Part shown: piece after piece, positions 8,609-21,282 of the stretch
Numbering within the stretch: the stretch's first letter is position 1
Layout: each line of letters opens with the position of its first letter
Origin: Raillietiella orientalis
Lineage: Eukaryota
Reading direction: 5' to 3'
NCBI GenBank assembly: GCA_036172245.1
Contig: JAYWIR010000001.1
Location: forward strand, 12,152,001 to 12,190,869
DNA: 38,869 nucleotides
The notes under the pieces: generated by a model
Told to the model about the DNA's origin: nothing
The model's database searches: none
What the model saw: the letters and a program-made list of their open reading frames with translations, nothing else
Position numbers and translations under genes: made by a program

Positions 8609-11600
8609 TTCTGTATAAACTGGAGGTTTGTATCTGATAAACGCCTCGGCGTGAGCAGGGGCATTTATTCTCAGTGAGAAATCTCATAAGTCATCTGCAT
8701 GGAAAGTCGACGCTGCTGACGAAGCGCGACGCCGGAACACGACTCGTCAGTGGGGCTTCTGTCCTCATGTACCTTGGATGCTGCAGGCATCCTAGCATAT
8801 CGAGTGCGAATTTGCATTTCCCTTTCTGCCTGCAAGGAGATCAGTTTTGTGCCTTTCTGCTGGCGGTCATCCAGTTCGTTTGAAATGAACTGGATGACAT
8901 ACTTGTATAGAAATATGAACAAAAAGAAGTTGACAAATCTCTGATTCTACATATATTATATGTGGAGCTTAATCACCGATTAGATGTAGATGGAATATCA
9001 TTACATGTTCAATTGCATATCAATACAGTCGAACCAAAACTTGTGATTGTTGGTGAGTATCTTATGAGAAGCATGTTAAAAAATACTTTCTCTCTGCAAC
9101 GTATTCCAGGAAGAGTTTTCCGAAGGTGCAAAATATCTTGTGGATGAGGGTTTACCCATTCTGTACGAGGCCTTCCTGCAAGTCTGCAGATGTTTTACTC
9201 GCTACCAAGGTGGAGACGACGATCTTCCTTTTACTCTCCCGGAAGTTCAGCATTTGGTTTTGGAGGTTCCTTAGAGGTACGCTTCAGTGACGCTGTCATC
9301 CACATTGCCAGTTCACTTTCTTTTATCATTTCATCATATCTATCTATCTATCATTGCAGTTGTCCAGGACGATATGTCCAGAAGATGTGCCTGCAGTGCT
9401 GAATGTTGCACGCTCACTTTTCTCATCTGATCATCAAACAGCATGGGAACATTTAGTTTTCTGAGCACGGGGTCGTTTCCGAAATATTCGGAACCAAGCG
9501 GCTCCAGCACGATCCCACGTGTGAGCTTGCTGTCCCATGCGAGGCAATTGCAGGGATAGTCAGCAGCATTCCTGGACTGTTTCGAAATCCTCTGGCACGT
9601 TTTGAAATAGTCAGCACACTTCCATGATCTTCTTGCTGTCCTTCTTCGAAAAAACCATGAAGAGTGCATTGGAATTCAAAATCTAGGTATAACGTAAAAA
9701 GGGATTCGAAATTAGTTTACTGCTCATTCGTAGATTCAAAATAAGAAATAAGCATTCGACGAACATGCCGACTGCATCCGCCTGGGGATCCCTACAGGCA
9801 GTAGCCCGCGTCGGAGGCTGTGCTTACGGTGGTCTCCGCGGGTGGCACCAAGCGTCACGCGTTCGAATACTGCGAAGGAATCGACGCAGTGCGTCGTCGG
9901 TTGCCCGCAAGATGACGCTGATTGGAATTAATTAAAGGAATGTTAATGTAACAACATGAGTAAATAGTTCAATGGAATTGCCATTACTAATTTGCATTAT
10001 CTCAAACGAACTCAGTAAAACTTGAAAAGGATTTGAATGAAAGTGCTTGCAAGAAGCATTCAAACAGCAATGTTGTATTCTTAGTTGAAAGACAAAATCC
10101 CCATGTGCCTTGGTAGGGGTTCTGATTGATATGTTCCGTTTTCCCCAGCTCCAAAATGCGGTAGGGAGAATTCCTGGACTAAACAACGTTTCGTGTGAAT
10201 GCATTGACAAACAACAGAACAATCGACTTTGAGATTTTCCTTATGGCTACTCTTGGGACATTTCACCTCTCCTCTCGCCTTCATCTGCGCACTTTGGGGA
10301 GGGAAAATGTCACTTCCGGACAGTGGGATTCCTTCGCACCTGAAGAGTTGGAATTTGTTTCTTCAACATGTACCTGTACGTCCAGTAGGGGAGTTTCCCC
10401 CAGCTGCGAATTGCAATTTCCTCCTTGATCAGTTCTTACAAAATGTTCATCGCCGGGACTGGCACTGCTTTTTCTTCTACTTGGCTCTTATCACCATGCT
10501 CGTGATATAGAGAGAACAATGCAGGTCCGCAACACAAGATTGTGTGTGGGGACGTTCCATCCCCTTCAAACAATCCTGCCAGGATCCCCTTTGTCTTCTC
10601 CTGTAGGCCTGGCACCGCCTTCCAGTCTCTGTTGAGTGTCGGCCAGCTGAGTAGTGGATCAGAGTTTGCCGGTCTTCGCAGACCGCGCTAATCTCCCTGA
10701 TGCATCCCTCGTCCAGTGCTTTGCTCTTATCCCGCTCAGGATGCCTCCATGGTAGAACATCAGGAGGTTATTGAGAGTGTCCGCTGGTAGGTCGGTCCTA
10801 CGGAATGTAGGCTGAAGGTTCACTTAAGGGTGTCATAGCGTTTGGCAGCCGTAGAGAAGGCATCGCATTGTTGGCGAATCTGCTTTATGATGTCCTTGAT
10901 GTCTGCTTCAGTCATTACGATCCTTCATTACGTCAGCAAGATGGGAGAATTCTTCTCGAGTGCCCCTCTCACCGTTTCTCCTCGGTAAGTCGGGACGAGG
11001 AGCAGCCTGCAAAAGTTCCCCATCCGAACTCTTGCTTGGCTCCTGGCTGCCTCCTACCCCCGATCCTCCCCGCTTTTCGAGCGCACTCGAAGGTTACGAG
11101 AAGAATGGGCACCACTGGATGGTAGTCGCCAAGAGGCAGAATCGGAGTTCCTCTGGCGGGTTGCAGGGGCGACGCTCAAGCCGCGGGGAGGAGGATGGAC
11201 GTCAACGGAGCTTTGCACTGTGAAAAGTCCGAGCGTCACCATTCCGACTGTCGAGCGAGTACGGTGCGCAGGTAGTAATTTCGGGAATTAGGGGAGACGG
11301 AGAAACAGCAAGCCAAGTGGAGAGATGGCTTGGGAAGAGAGTACGTGGGATGGAGGTGGACGGCAGTGAGACGCTTTCGCGAATGCCACATGGAATGTGC
11401 TCAGCAACCGCCTTGGTCTTTGCAGGTCTCTGGAACTACTGCGTTCACGTCGCAAGTGGGCTGTGAAGGGAAACGTTCACAGGCTGTGCTTCCGAAGCAC
11501 GTTCGACGGGAAATGTTTGGACAGCTCGCGCGTGATCCGTTTCTACGTCCACACGGGCAATGGGTGCGTTCAGGACAAACGAAGTGTCCTTTGCGCTTTG

Positions 11601-12606
11601 CTGCATCGTGGATAGTGCGCTCCCGGACGAGCCTGACTCCTTTTCCTGGCAGCATCCATCTGCGGAGCTCGATGCGTGCGTGCTGCACCATGCTTTTCGC
11701 AAGTGCCTCCTCACACGCCCTTTCGCAGGCATTTCACTCTCGGCTCTGCTGAGCACTCTTGTCTTGGAAGATGCCCCCTGAAAGGTGAACTTGCTGGAGA
11801 GCGAGGAGCGATGCGGAGGAGGAATGGAAGACTCCGTTTCGAGAAGCCAGATCACTGAGGAGCCAAAGAGGGGCAGCCAGCAAGCAAGTTGCTTCGTTGG
11901 AGAAGCCCGCCACCGCCAGTCTTAGCGGGGTGAACACACTTCGGCACCGGTCGCGAGACGGGAGCAGCACAATGGTAACCGTGAGCTCACATGAAAACAC
12001 GCCGCCTTCCCTGGAACCCACGGCGAGCTTGGCCTGCTAAACCCATCCTCCAGTTCGGTCAGTTCGAAAAGGCAGCACTGGTCTCCTGAGGCTGCGTCCT
12101 TGAGGCAAGCGCGCTTCCACTATACCTGCTTCGTGGTTGGTTTCTTTCGTGAAGAGCGTACCTGGCTGTGGAGATCCGTCTGCCACCGTCCACACGCACG
12201 GCAGTTGCATACGGTGGAAAATCACAGCTGGCAGACGTGTGGATCGATTGGGATCATCGGAATGTTATTTCCGAGGGTGGCTCAGACACAACAGCCACGC
12301 TCCATGCTGAGGTTTTGCCAATGCGGCGAGTCCATCGGAAGACTCCGGGTGGTGCGCTCTGAACCCGGCCTGAAGAACTGGGCAGGTGGATGGGGGATTG
12401 CTTTCTCGACAAGCCGAAGGGAGACCGGAAGGAAGACCGCGCCGGGATTCTGGTCAAAAGAAACATCAGGAACTTCGGTGGATTCGATTTCCAGATTTTT
12501 TTTTGTGTTCTACCCGAAGACGTGCTGAGGCCCCACAGAGCAGCGGGATGATGGGAGTGTATCCTCCGAGCGCGGGGTCTGCCGCACTGGAATACATCGC
12601 ATCAGC
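8555..12606 (+). repeat. Segmental duplication block B
   Basis: Reverse-complement match to 38869-34767, with mirrored ORFs (e.g. 9340..9669- vs 37756..38085+). Confidence 0.97.
10380..11050 (-). mobile_element. Degenerate Tx1/L1-type ORF2 C-terminal fragment (family 4)
   Basis: The minus strand reads DLPADTLNNLLMFYHGGILSGIRAKHWTRDASG, then after a frameshift AVCEDRQTLIHY. This parallels ARQQHWTRESASPNCTRCREEDTFPH of family 2. Boundaries are approximate. Confidence 0.6.
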
Positions 12607-12611
12607 CACGC

Positions 12612-14074
12612 TCTGCTAGGCTTTTCGAGCAGCGGGCCTCCTGAGGCGAGCAGCGGGCCTCCTGAGGACAGTCCTTTGGGGCAAAGGGAGGTCCCGTGTG
12701 AGGCTGAAAGTCTTGTGCGCTCCACGTAAGGACTGTGGACTTGGCGTACTTACGTTGGAGCGCATGGAACTGCAACTACAATTCAGGACTCTCGCCCTCG
12801 CGGCCGAATTGTGGGACTCCCTTGGTGCGTTCCAGCACGCCTCCTGGCCCAACGAGCCTGCGGATTCGGCGGACTTTTGTCGTATCTGCTGACGCGCGAC
12901 CGCAGAGAAGCACACGGCGGCTTTCTCCTACGTCGCATGGACGTTGTGGTACGGGAGAACGCCTGGATCTCCTGCCTCCCAGGGAAATACTCGGCATGGT
13001 TGCACGAGTCAGTCTCCACCTGGGAAAAGATCTACGTACCGGTGGGCTCAAAGAACATTTGCCTGAAAAGGCATGCCCGCTGGGCGCTGCAGGAGATCGT
13101 GCAGTCCCACGACAAGCTTCTGTGGGCCTTGATAACCCCCCTCGCCCCAGTGCTGCCCTTCCTTGTGAATGCCAGGGACAGTAGCGAGCAGGCGAAATGG
13201 ACCGTGTCCTGCACCATAGGCGGCAGGACACAATCGATAAAGGCGTGGACATCTCGGGAGCTAGCTGACGCTGCGACGCCGAGGGTCCCGCCCAACGGAA
13301 TTCGACGCTGGGGCGAGCTACTCGGAATATCTCCGGAGGAGATGAAGTGGCCCCCAGCGTCCTGGAACAGTGGATCCCTCCCTCTCAAATGGCAGGAGGT
13401 GGCGTTGCTTGTAATGCATTGGGATTTACCCTGTAAAGCACGCCTGTACCACACCACCCGGGGGGCTGTGGATCGCCAGTACGACCGGTGCGGGGAAAAA
13501 GAGACCTTCCCCCACCTTCTCATTGAGTGCAGTGCCATCCGCCCTTCATGGGATCGCCTTACGGCGATCCTGGACTTGCGCGGATGCGGCCCCAAGGACG
13601 TTTTCAGGCGCCCATTCTGCAGTGACGCCTTGTCCCCACCCGCTTCTGTAGCAATCCTCTGCTGCATTCGAGGGATCGTGGCGGCTTGGAACGCCACCAG
13701 AAGAAGACGTCAGCCAACTGGCAGCGCCTTACGATGGACTCGCCTATTCGTGCGAGCTGTATGCAAGTGGCGCCACTTAGGCGCACAGAGGACACAGCTT
13801 GTCCAGATCCTGAACAGGATCTAGAGGACCTCTCCGGGCGCATAGTGATCCCCTCCCTGCCCTCCCATCCCTAGAACATTCATCCCCTACCGTGTTTAAA
13901 CTTTTTGTTTCTTTTGTTCTTTCTGTCCCAAACCACGTGCATCGGAAGGACCTCTCCGGCCTAGCGCCGGCAACCAGCAAGCTGTTTTGGCGTGGTGCGC
14001 CTTCGGGTTATCCACGGAAAAATTAATGTATTTTTATTTTTCGAAATAAATGCCCCGGCATATCCGGGTGAAAA
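12612..14074 (+). mobile_element. 5'-truncated Tx1/L1-type non-LTR retrotransposon (family 1): post-RT part of ORF2, 3' UTR and 3' terminus
   Basis: LWGKGRSRVRLKVLCAPRKDCGLGVLTL (~12674-12757) matches the post-RT F-x-W..L..P..GGLG motif of L1/Tx1 ORF2. A frameshift leads into ORF 12811..13824, which carries a zf-RVT-like DRCGEKETFPHLLIEC. A T-rich UTR follows, ending AATAAATGCCCCGGCATATCCGGGTGAAAA. Confidence 0.88.
12626..12667 (+). repeat. Perfect 21-bp tandem duplication CGAGCAGCGGGCCTCCTGAGG x2
   Basis: Read directly at 12626-12646 and 12647-12667. Confidence 0.95.
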
Positions 14075-16612
14075 CGGTCCACAGCGCGACGTTTGCACGG
14101 GTCCACCAAGCGGCAATGGTGGCCACGAAAGACGTGCAGGGAGCATGGTTTGAGAGAGGAAGAGGAAGATGGGAGAGCGCGTGTGAGGGCATCGGTTTCG
14201 CTCGCATGTACGCCTGCTTCTCCTTGCTGCTAGCCCATGCGTACACCTCCTTTCCGTCCCATCGTTTGGAATGGCTGTCAGCAGAAACCTTTGGAGCACT
14301 GAATCGCTACCTTGGAAGAGCAACTGCTCCGCAAACCGCTGGCAGATACGCTGCAGCACTGGTCGCCGTGGTCCCGGTTAACCGTCTCACGCCCGGCTGC
14401 AGCGCCGTCTTCCCTCAGGTCCAACAACGACAGTGGCCAACCGACTGGATGAGTGTTCTTCTCCAGCCTTGAGAGAGTCGAACAACTCTGCAATGGCTGA
14501 AAACGAGCGAGGTGGTGAACGCCTCCACTCCTGGATTCCGGTCAAATGGACTGCTTCGGTGGAGAGAGCTTCTCGGAGTGGCCCCCGAAGAGCTTGTGGT
14601 CTCTTCCCTCTGAGTGGACACCTTCGTGCACCCGCTTCGTTGGATACAGGAAGTTCTGCGGTTTTCGCACTGGGGATTCCAGTGCAATCAGAGAAGACAC
14701 CTGCATTCTGGGGGAGCGGCGTCCCCAAGCCGGTTCGGGTGCAGGGTGATAGAATCGCTTCCGCTCCTACTTTTCGCTTGCAGTGAGCTGCATGAGTTGT
14801 GCCGGAGACTCGCCACGGCTCTCCGTCACCGCCAACACACTGCTATCAACCTGCTGCTGCGCTTCTTTAGCGAAGCCGCACTCAAAAAGGGCACCCGGAT
14901 GCGCCGGATCGTTTGTTCCTCTTGCAGGAATCGAAGGAGCCGAAAGGCTCACTGATTCCCATTATCCCATTAGGAAAAAAAGAGGGGGAGCCGGCGATAT
15001 CCATCACGTACACGAAGGGGAAGGAGGATGAGTCAAAATTCCAACAAAAGCGAAAGCAACCACAAACAGCGAAAATGAACAAAACAACAACAGCAACACA
15101 AATCGCTCAAACAAAAAGAATAATTCCGGGGAAGGGAAGGGATCACTTTTCATGATGGTTAAGGGCTGTGCATCCGTAGAAGGTTGCCGGCGAGCTCCTA
15201 CTTCCCCCTTTGAAGGTGGGGCCACCTCAAGACTATCTGCAGGAAGCTGCTGGCGTGTCGTGCAAGGCAGCCCCCCAATCGCTACGGCCTCTCTTGGTGT
15301 CGCACTTTGCCTCGGCGACACTGCGCTCGCGGCACAGCGCCGCGATTGTGGGCGTCACGGCGTATCGCACGAAGAGGGGCCTCAAAGAGTCTCTGGAATC
15401 GTCCTCGGGGTGCAGAAGGGGCGCGCAGAAACGTGCCCACACTTCCTGGAGGGCGACACACCGCACTACGAGGTGGGGGAATGTGTCCTTCTCTCCACAC
15501 CTGGTACAGTTCGGCGATGCGCTTTCCCTCGTCCAGTGTTGCTGGCGCGCATTGCACGGAAGACCCCAGTGCTGTACCAGTAGCGCCGATCGCTGCCACA
15601 GGAGGGGAAAAGCCCTTCCATCCATAAACAGGGGAGGTGGAGTGGCGAGGGGGAGGCACTTTCAACTCTTCTGGCTGAAAGGGGAAGAGTTCGATCGAAG
15701 TTCGAGTTCTTCGGAGACGGTTCTTGTTGTTGTCGCGTCAAAGGGCGCTGTGATCCCATTTTCTACATTTGTATCTTTCCGATATGTTTCTCACTCTGTG
15801 AACAGTTATCACATGGATCTTCAGCTTCTGCACTTGGAGTCTGTAACTCGTGCTGCCCTAACTTTACAGTCGCTTTCCGAACGCCACAGGTCATTTTGGA
15901 AACCAGTGGATAGAGTAAGGTGACCACGCAACTTTGCGGATGCATACCTGCTTTTCCCACTGTTTCCATTTCCTCTCTACCCTTCCTTCTTCCATTTTCA
16001 TTTCCAGTTGTGAGTTCAGGCAATGCTGGCACGTTTCTCCACACGTATGGTCGCCCTTCGAGTAGACAAGAAGTTGCCTACTCCTCAGCACACTGAGCAT
16101 ATACACCATTAGCACTTTACGCAAATTCTTCTTTCCTGATGGTAGAAATAGCCACCTTGCAAGACCGACGACATGCACTCTCTTTCCGCTGCTTGCGAGT
16201 TCGCTCAATGGCATCGCGGGAATTCCGTTTCGGCTGAATGTGTGGAAACGCAGGGACTTTTCAGCACCTCGGAAATACAAACTTCATGAAGCCGTTGTTC
16301 TGTCGAATTCTACACCGTCCCTGCCATTTCGGCAACACGAGAGACAAGTACACTTTTTTTGTTCCACCCCGGAAAAAGAGCTAAGGCAGTGGATTCGAAA
16401 TCGATTATTGGTTCGCTCTTCCCAATGTCCACTGTTACCTCTGCTTGTCTTTTGCTTTATGTTCTGCCTCCTCTGAAGGCTCACTCATGCTGGAGAGTGT
16501 GAAAAAGCTTACTCACACGAAGCTTGTGAAGTGCTTCGAAACCGAAGAGCTCTCCAGCTGCTCTCTGGCTCAACCATCACGCAATATGCGTTGGCATGTG
16601 CCGAAGGATTGG
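14075..16612 (-). repeat. Inverted copy of 3109-5636 (family 3 fragment at 14075-14891 plus; family 2 element at 14892-15749 minus)
   Basis: Starts CGGTCCACAGCGCGAC (reverse complement of 5621-5636) and ends CCGAAGGATTGG (reverse complement of 3109-3120). Confidence 0.96.
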
Positions 16613-16840
16613 CAGATGGACGTGTTTAACACATGCCCAATCTCACCCCATCGCTTTCAACAAGTGAATAAATCCCAACAAGCCCAAACTTATTCTGGGA
16701 TAGGCACACTGGGCTTTGAGTTGTTCTCATGGCAACCATTTTTGTAAAACGGAGATCAAGTTTTATGACCGCGATATTCCCTTTGTTGTCAACATTTCAG
16801 TGCTTCGTGCGTTCAAATGAATTCTAATTGCGTCCAAACA

Positions 16841-18508
16841 GACTTCGAAGTGATTACAAACCCCAAAATGTTGCAAATTTGGACAAAAAAATGAATCAGA
16901 GCGAAGAGAAACATTCTCTTTGTTATTCCGAGACTGGTTACCATGCAAACCACACAGAGGCCAATGTGACCCACCCTAATGAAACGTAGGACTGATCTCA
17001 ATGTTCTTGTGAACTAAGGAAATTGGAAGGTTGTGCGGGTCTCCATGACGGGAATTTGCCACTCACAGCAAATGGATGCTTCGGGAAGAGACGCAAAAGT
17101 GCAATGTTGAAATCTGTTGACTTCGAAGTGATTACAAACCCCAAAAAGTTGCAAATTTAAACCACATAATGAATCAAAGCGGAGGGAAACATTCTCTCTC
17201 TGATTACGACACTGGTTACCATGGAAACCACACAGAGCCCAAAGTGCCCCACCCTAATGAAACGTCGGGCTTATCTCAATGTTCGTCTAAACCAAGGGAA
17301 TTGGAATGTTGTGCGGGTCTCCATGACGAGAATTTGCCACTGACAGCACATGGATGCATCGCGAAGTGGTGCAAAAGTGCAGAGGAGAAATCTGATGATT
17401 TCGACTTGATAAAACACCTTTATAAGTTGCAAAATTGGACCAAATGATAAATCAGAGCGAAGGGAAACATTCTCTTTCTTATTCTGACACTGGTTACCAT
17501 GAAAACCACACAGTGTACAATATGCCCCACCCTAATGAAACATCGGACTCATCTCAATGTTCCTCTCAACCCAGGAAATTGGAAGGTTCTGCGGGTCTCC
17601 ATGACGCGAATTTGCCACTCAGAGCAAATGGCTGCTTCGCAAAGAAGCGCAAAAGTGCAGAGGAGAAATCTGATGATTTCGTAATGATAACATACCCTTA
17701 AAAGTTGCAAATTTGGATTACATGATGAATTAGAGCGAAGGGAAACATTCTCTTTCTTATTCCGACACTGGTTACCATGAAAACCACACAGAGGACAAAG
17801 TGCCCGACCTTAAAGAAACATCGGACTCATCTGATTGTTCTTCTGAACCAAGGAAATTGGAAGGGTGTGCGGGTCTCCATGACGGGAATTTGCCACACAC
17901 AGCAAATGGATGCTTTGCGAAGTTGTGCAAAAGTGAAGTGGAGAAATCTGCTTATTTCGTATTGCATACTAACCCCAAAAAGCTGCAAATTTAGACCACT
18001 TAATGAAACAGAGCGAAGGGAAACATTGACTTTCTCATTACGACACTGGTTACCATGGCAACCACACAGAGTCCAAAGTGTCCCACCCAAATGAAACGTC
18101 GAACTCATCTCAATGTTGTTCTGAACAAAGGAAATTGGAAGGATGTGCGGGTCTCCATGAAGGGAATTTACCACTCACAGCAAATGGATGCTTCAGGAAA
18201 AGACGCAAAAGTGCAATGTTAAAATTTGCTAATTTCGTATTGCTAACACATCCTTAAAAGTTGCAAATTTGGACCACATGATGAATCAGAGCGAAGGGAA
18301 ATATTAGCTTTCTTCATCCGACACTGGTTACCATGAAAACATCACAGAATCCAAAGTGCCCCACCCTAATGAAACGTCGGACTCATATCAATGTTCTTCT
18401 GAACAAAGGAAATTGGAAGGATGTGCGGGTCTCCATGACGGGAATTTGCCACACACAGCAAATGGATGCTTCGCGAAGTGGCGCAAAAATGCAATGAGAA
18501 ATCTATGT
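16841..18508. repeat. Tandem satellite, six units of 278 bp
   Basis: The marker ACTGGTTACCA occurs at 16933, 17211, 17489, 17767, 18045 and 18323, an exact 278-bp period. Units differ by many substitutions. Confidence 0.96.
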
Positions 18509-18511
18509 GAC

Positions 18512-21282
18512 GCTGAAAACGACGTGCGGCGGGCAGGACGATGGAGTGGGCGCCCGTGCCCGTCCGCTCCGTTGCCCGCTGGGAGCGTGGCTCCGATCTG
18601 GTTGGTGCGCGCTCGCTATCGAAACGCCGAATGGACGCTACCGCGCTGGCTTCCCCATCCGCTCGGCCGCGAGCGAAGCAGCCGCACCAGTCTGCACGCT
18701 CGACCACCACCAAGCAGCGTGCGAAGCAGGCAGGACGGCGCAGGCGGCGGCGGCGGCGGACGGCGTTACGTCACCACCCGCCGGCGGCAGCCGCAGCCGC
18801 CGCTAGCGCGCGCCCCGTCCCGCTCGCTCGCCGACCCCCACGCCTCGCATCCGGCGCCGCTTGCCCACCGCGCCAGCGCCCACACTACCTTCTCACCCTC
18901 CGGCGTCGCACTGCTCACTTCCTCCGACGAATTGACAGCTGCCACACACGCGCACCAACAACAAGTCACAACACAATCTTGCACAGAGAGACACAGAGAG
19001 AGAACGCAGAGATGCCCGATCCGGACACACAAAAAGCTTTCTCTCGAATGGGAAAAGAAAATTTTCATCGATTGTTGGAACGTTCGACGAGGAAACAATG
19101 ATGCCGGTCGTTCTGGGCAACGAGAACCTTCCATCCGAGACGGAGAGCGCAAGAGCGGACGGGCCGGCCGGCGCAGCGGACGAGAACCGGCCGGCCGCTG
19201 CCCGAGGCAGCACGCACGGCGCCTGGCAAACGCGGAAGCGCGCGCGCCACGCTCCGACGGCGCCCATGACGCCAAGCGTTACTGTGCCGTGCAGGCACAA
19301 AAGCTTGGCAGGCGGCCGCCACAGGGGACTGCTCTCTTCGCACCTGTCGCGTCGCACCCACCGTCTATTTCCAAACATTGCAAAACAGCCATCCGTTCCG
19401 TACAGCCGCGCGAACGCATGTCCTATAGCAATTTCGCATACACCGATCAGCACACTTTCCAATCAGCGTGTACTTTCTCCTTTCCGTACGCTATCAGCAC
19501 GAGACGCGGGCTGCGGGCAACCTGGACATGCTCCCATCAAAATGGACATTCGAACAGCAAACTGCAAACATCGATGCCCAGCAGTTCGCATCACTTTCCG
19601 TCTTCAGATACCTACCGAACAAAGTGCACACGGCACACATTCCACCTGTAAACACCAAAATTGTCCGCACCCACGTTCTGCTGTGCAAATAGGCAAATGT
19701 GCGTGGCTGTCCATGTACCCAGAATGCCAGCCATGCGAATGCAACTCCAGCTTATCACCATCCACGGAAACGTGTTCGAGGGACTGCTCCACTATCCAGG
19801 AACGAAGAATATCCAGGAACGTTTCGTGTTTGCAGCATATAATGTTGAAAAGCTTTGTGTGCGTACGTACTCATGCTTGTGCGTATACCCTCCCATATTC
19901 CTGTCCATCCGCTACTCGCAATCGACACGTGGAAACAACAGTCATGGGAAGATGGACGGAAGCAAACATCGATACGGATATACACACTCACCTATGTATT
20001 GAACATCAGCATGCACACGTTTTCAGAACGGAATGGGAACTTCGGGGTGCACTGATCTGGATATGGAACCGGAACAACAGACACAATCCATGCATGCATG
20101 CATGCATATATGTATGTATGCGTTGTTCGCAATCCGCAGGAAGTACGCCCATGTGTGCGTGAGCGTGAGCATCCCCGCGCTCGAATTACGGTGGGCATCG
20201 CAATAGAGAGAAGATTGCAGTTTCAGTGAAACTGCAATCTGATGTTCCAATTGGGACGTGGCAAAGTGAGTGCCGTACAGTTCGCCTGATGTGAGTCAAC
20301 TACCATCAATGTACACATGAAGACATAACAACCTGTTTCACCTGCAATCGAATCTTGAGCAGGAATGCACGTATCCTCACAAGCTGCTTAACCTGTGTGC
20401 CGTGCATCTTCAGATTCGTATGGAAAGATGCGCTTGTGCACGCATTTGCATAGTGCATGCATTCGCATTACTATTCACGGCATGCTATGTACATCTCGAA
20501 TGGTTGAACATGAACGATTTCTGAATACAATACAATCAATGGAAATTTCGCTTCAACAGGAGCGTCGGTCCACGGCGCGATGTTTGCACGGGTCCACCAA
20601 GTGGCAATGGTGGCCACGAAAGACGTGCAGGCAGCATGGTTTGAGAGAGGAAGAGGAAGTTGGGAGAGCACGTGTGAGGGTATCCCTTTCGCACGCATGT
20701 ACGCCTGCTTCTCCTTGCTGCTAGCCCATGCGTACACCTCCTGTCCGACCCATCGTTTGGAATGGCTGTCAGCAGAAACCTTTGGAGCACTGAATCGCTA
20801 CCTTGGAAGAGCAACTGCTCCGCAAACCGCTGGCAGATACGCTTCAGCACTGGTCGCAGTGGTCCCGGTTAGCCGTCTCACGCCCGGCTGCAGCGCCGTC
20901 TGCCCTCAGGTCCAACAACGACAGTGGCCAACCGACTGGGTGAGTGTTCTTCTCAACCTTGCAATAGTCGAACAACTCTTCAATGGCTGAAAAAGAGCGA
21001 GCAGGTGAACGCATCCACTCCTGGATTCCGGTCAAACGGACTGCTTCGGTGGAGAGAGCTTCTCGGAGTGGCCCCCGAAGAGCTTATGGTCTCTTCCCTC
21101 TGCGTAGACACCTTCGTGCGCCCGCTTCGTTGGATACAGGAAGTGCTGCGGTTTTCGCACTGGGGATTCCAGTGCAATCAGAGAAGACACCTGCATTCTG
21201 GGGGAGCGGCGTCCCCAAGCCGGTTCGGGTGCAGGGTGATAGAATCGCTTCCGCTCCTACTTTTCGCTTGCAGTGAGCTGCA
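18512..21282 (-). repeat. Inverted copy of 4920-7699
   Basis: Starts GCTGAAAACGACGTGCGG (reverse complement of 7682-7699) and ends AGTGAGCTGCA (reverse complement of 4920-4930). Confidence 0.96.

Noticed and set aside
8700-8760. Hammerhead ribozyme or SECIS suggested by CTGACGA
   Set aside because: CTGACGA pairs with a downstream TCGTCAG as a plain stem. The GAAA core with three stems, and the SECIS quartet geometry, were not found.
8950-9669. Protein-like minus-strand fragments (WDSKLTRGIVLEPLGSEYF..., QMLNFRESKRKIVVSTLVASK)
   Set aside because: Possibly a decayed gene, but no family was recognised and no consistent exon model could be built, so it was not annotated.
9765-9925. GC-rich patch with a B-box-like GTTCGAATAC (tRNA, SINE or ribozyme?)
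   Set aside because: No cloverleaf or properly spaced A box could be built, and the motif is altered in the duplicate copy (~37555-37565).
16841-18508. Satellite as a repeated exon-intron coding unit (removing a 50-53 nt GT..AG piece leaves 75-76 codons)
   Set aside because: The donor GT is not conserved in all units, the acceptors lack a pyrimidine tract, three of six units have in-frame stops, and substitutions are not visibly synonymous-biased.
18356-19651. Longest ORF in the window (431 aa)
   Set aside because: It is a chimera of the last satellite unit and the inverted GC-rich block across the 18512 junction, starts at GTG, and has low-complexity Arg/Pro/Ala content. It is best explained as a chance ORF; the same applies to 6833..7954 minus.
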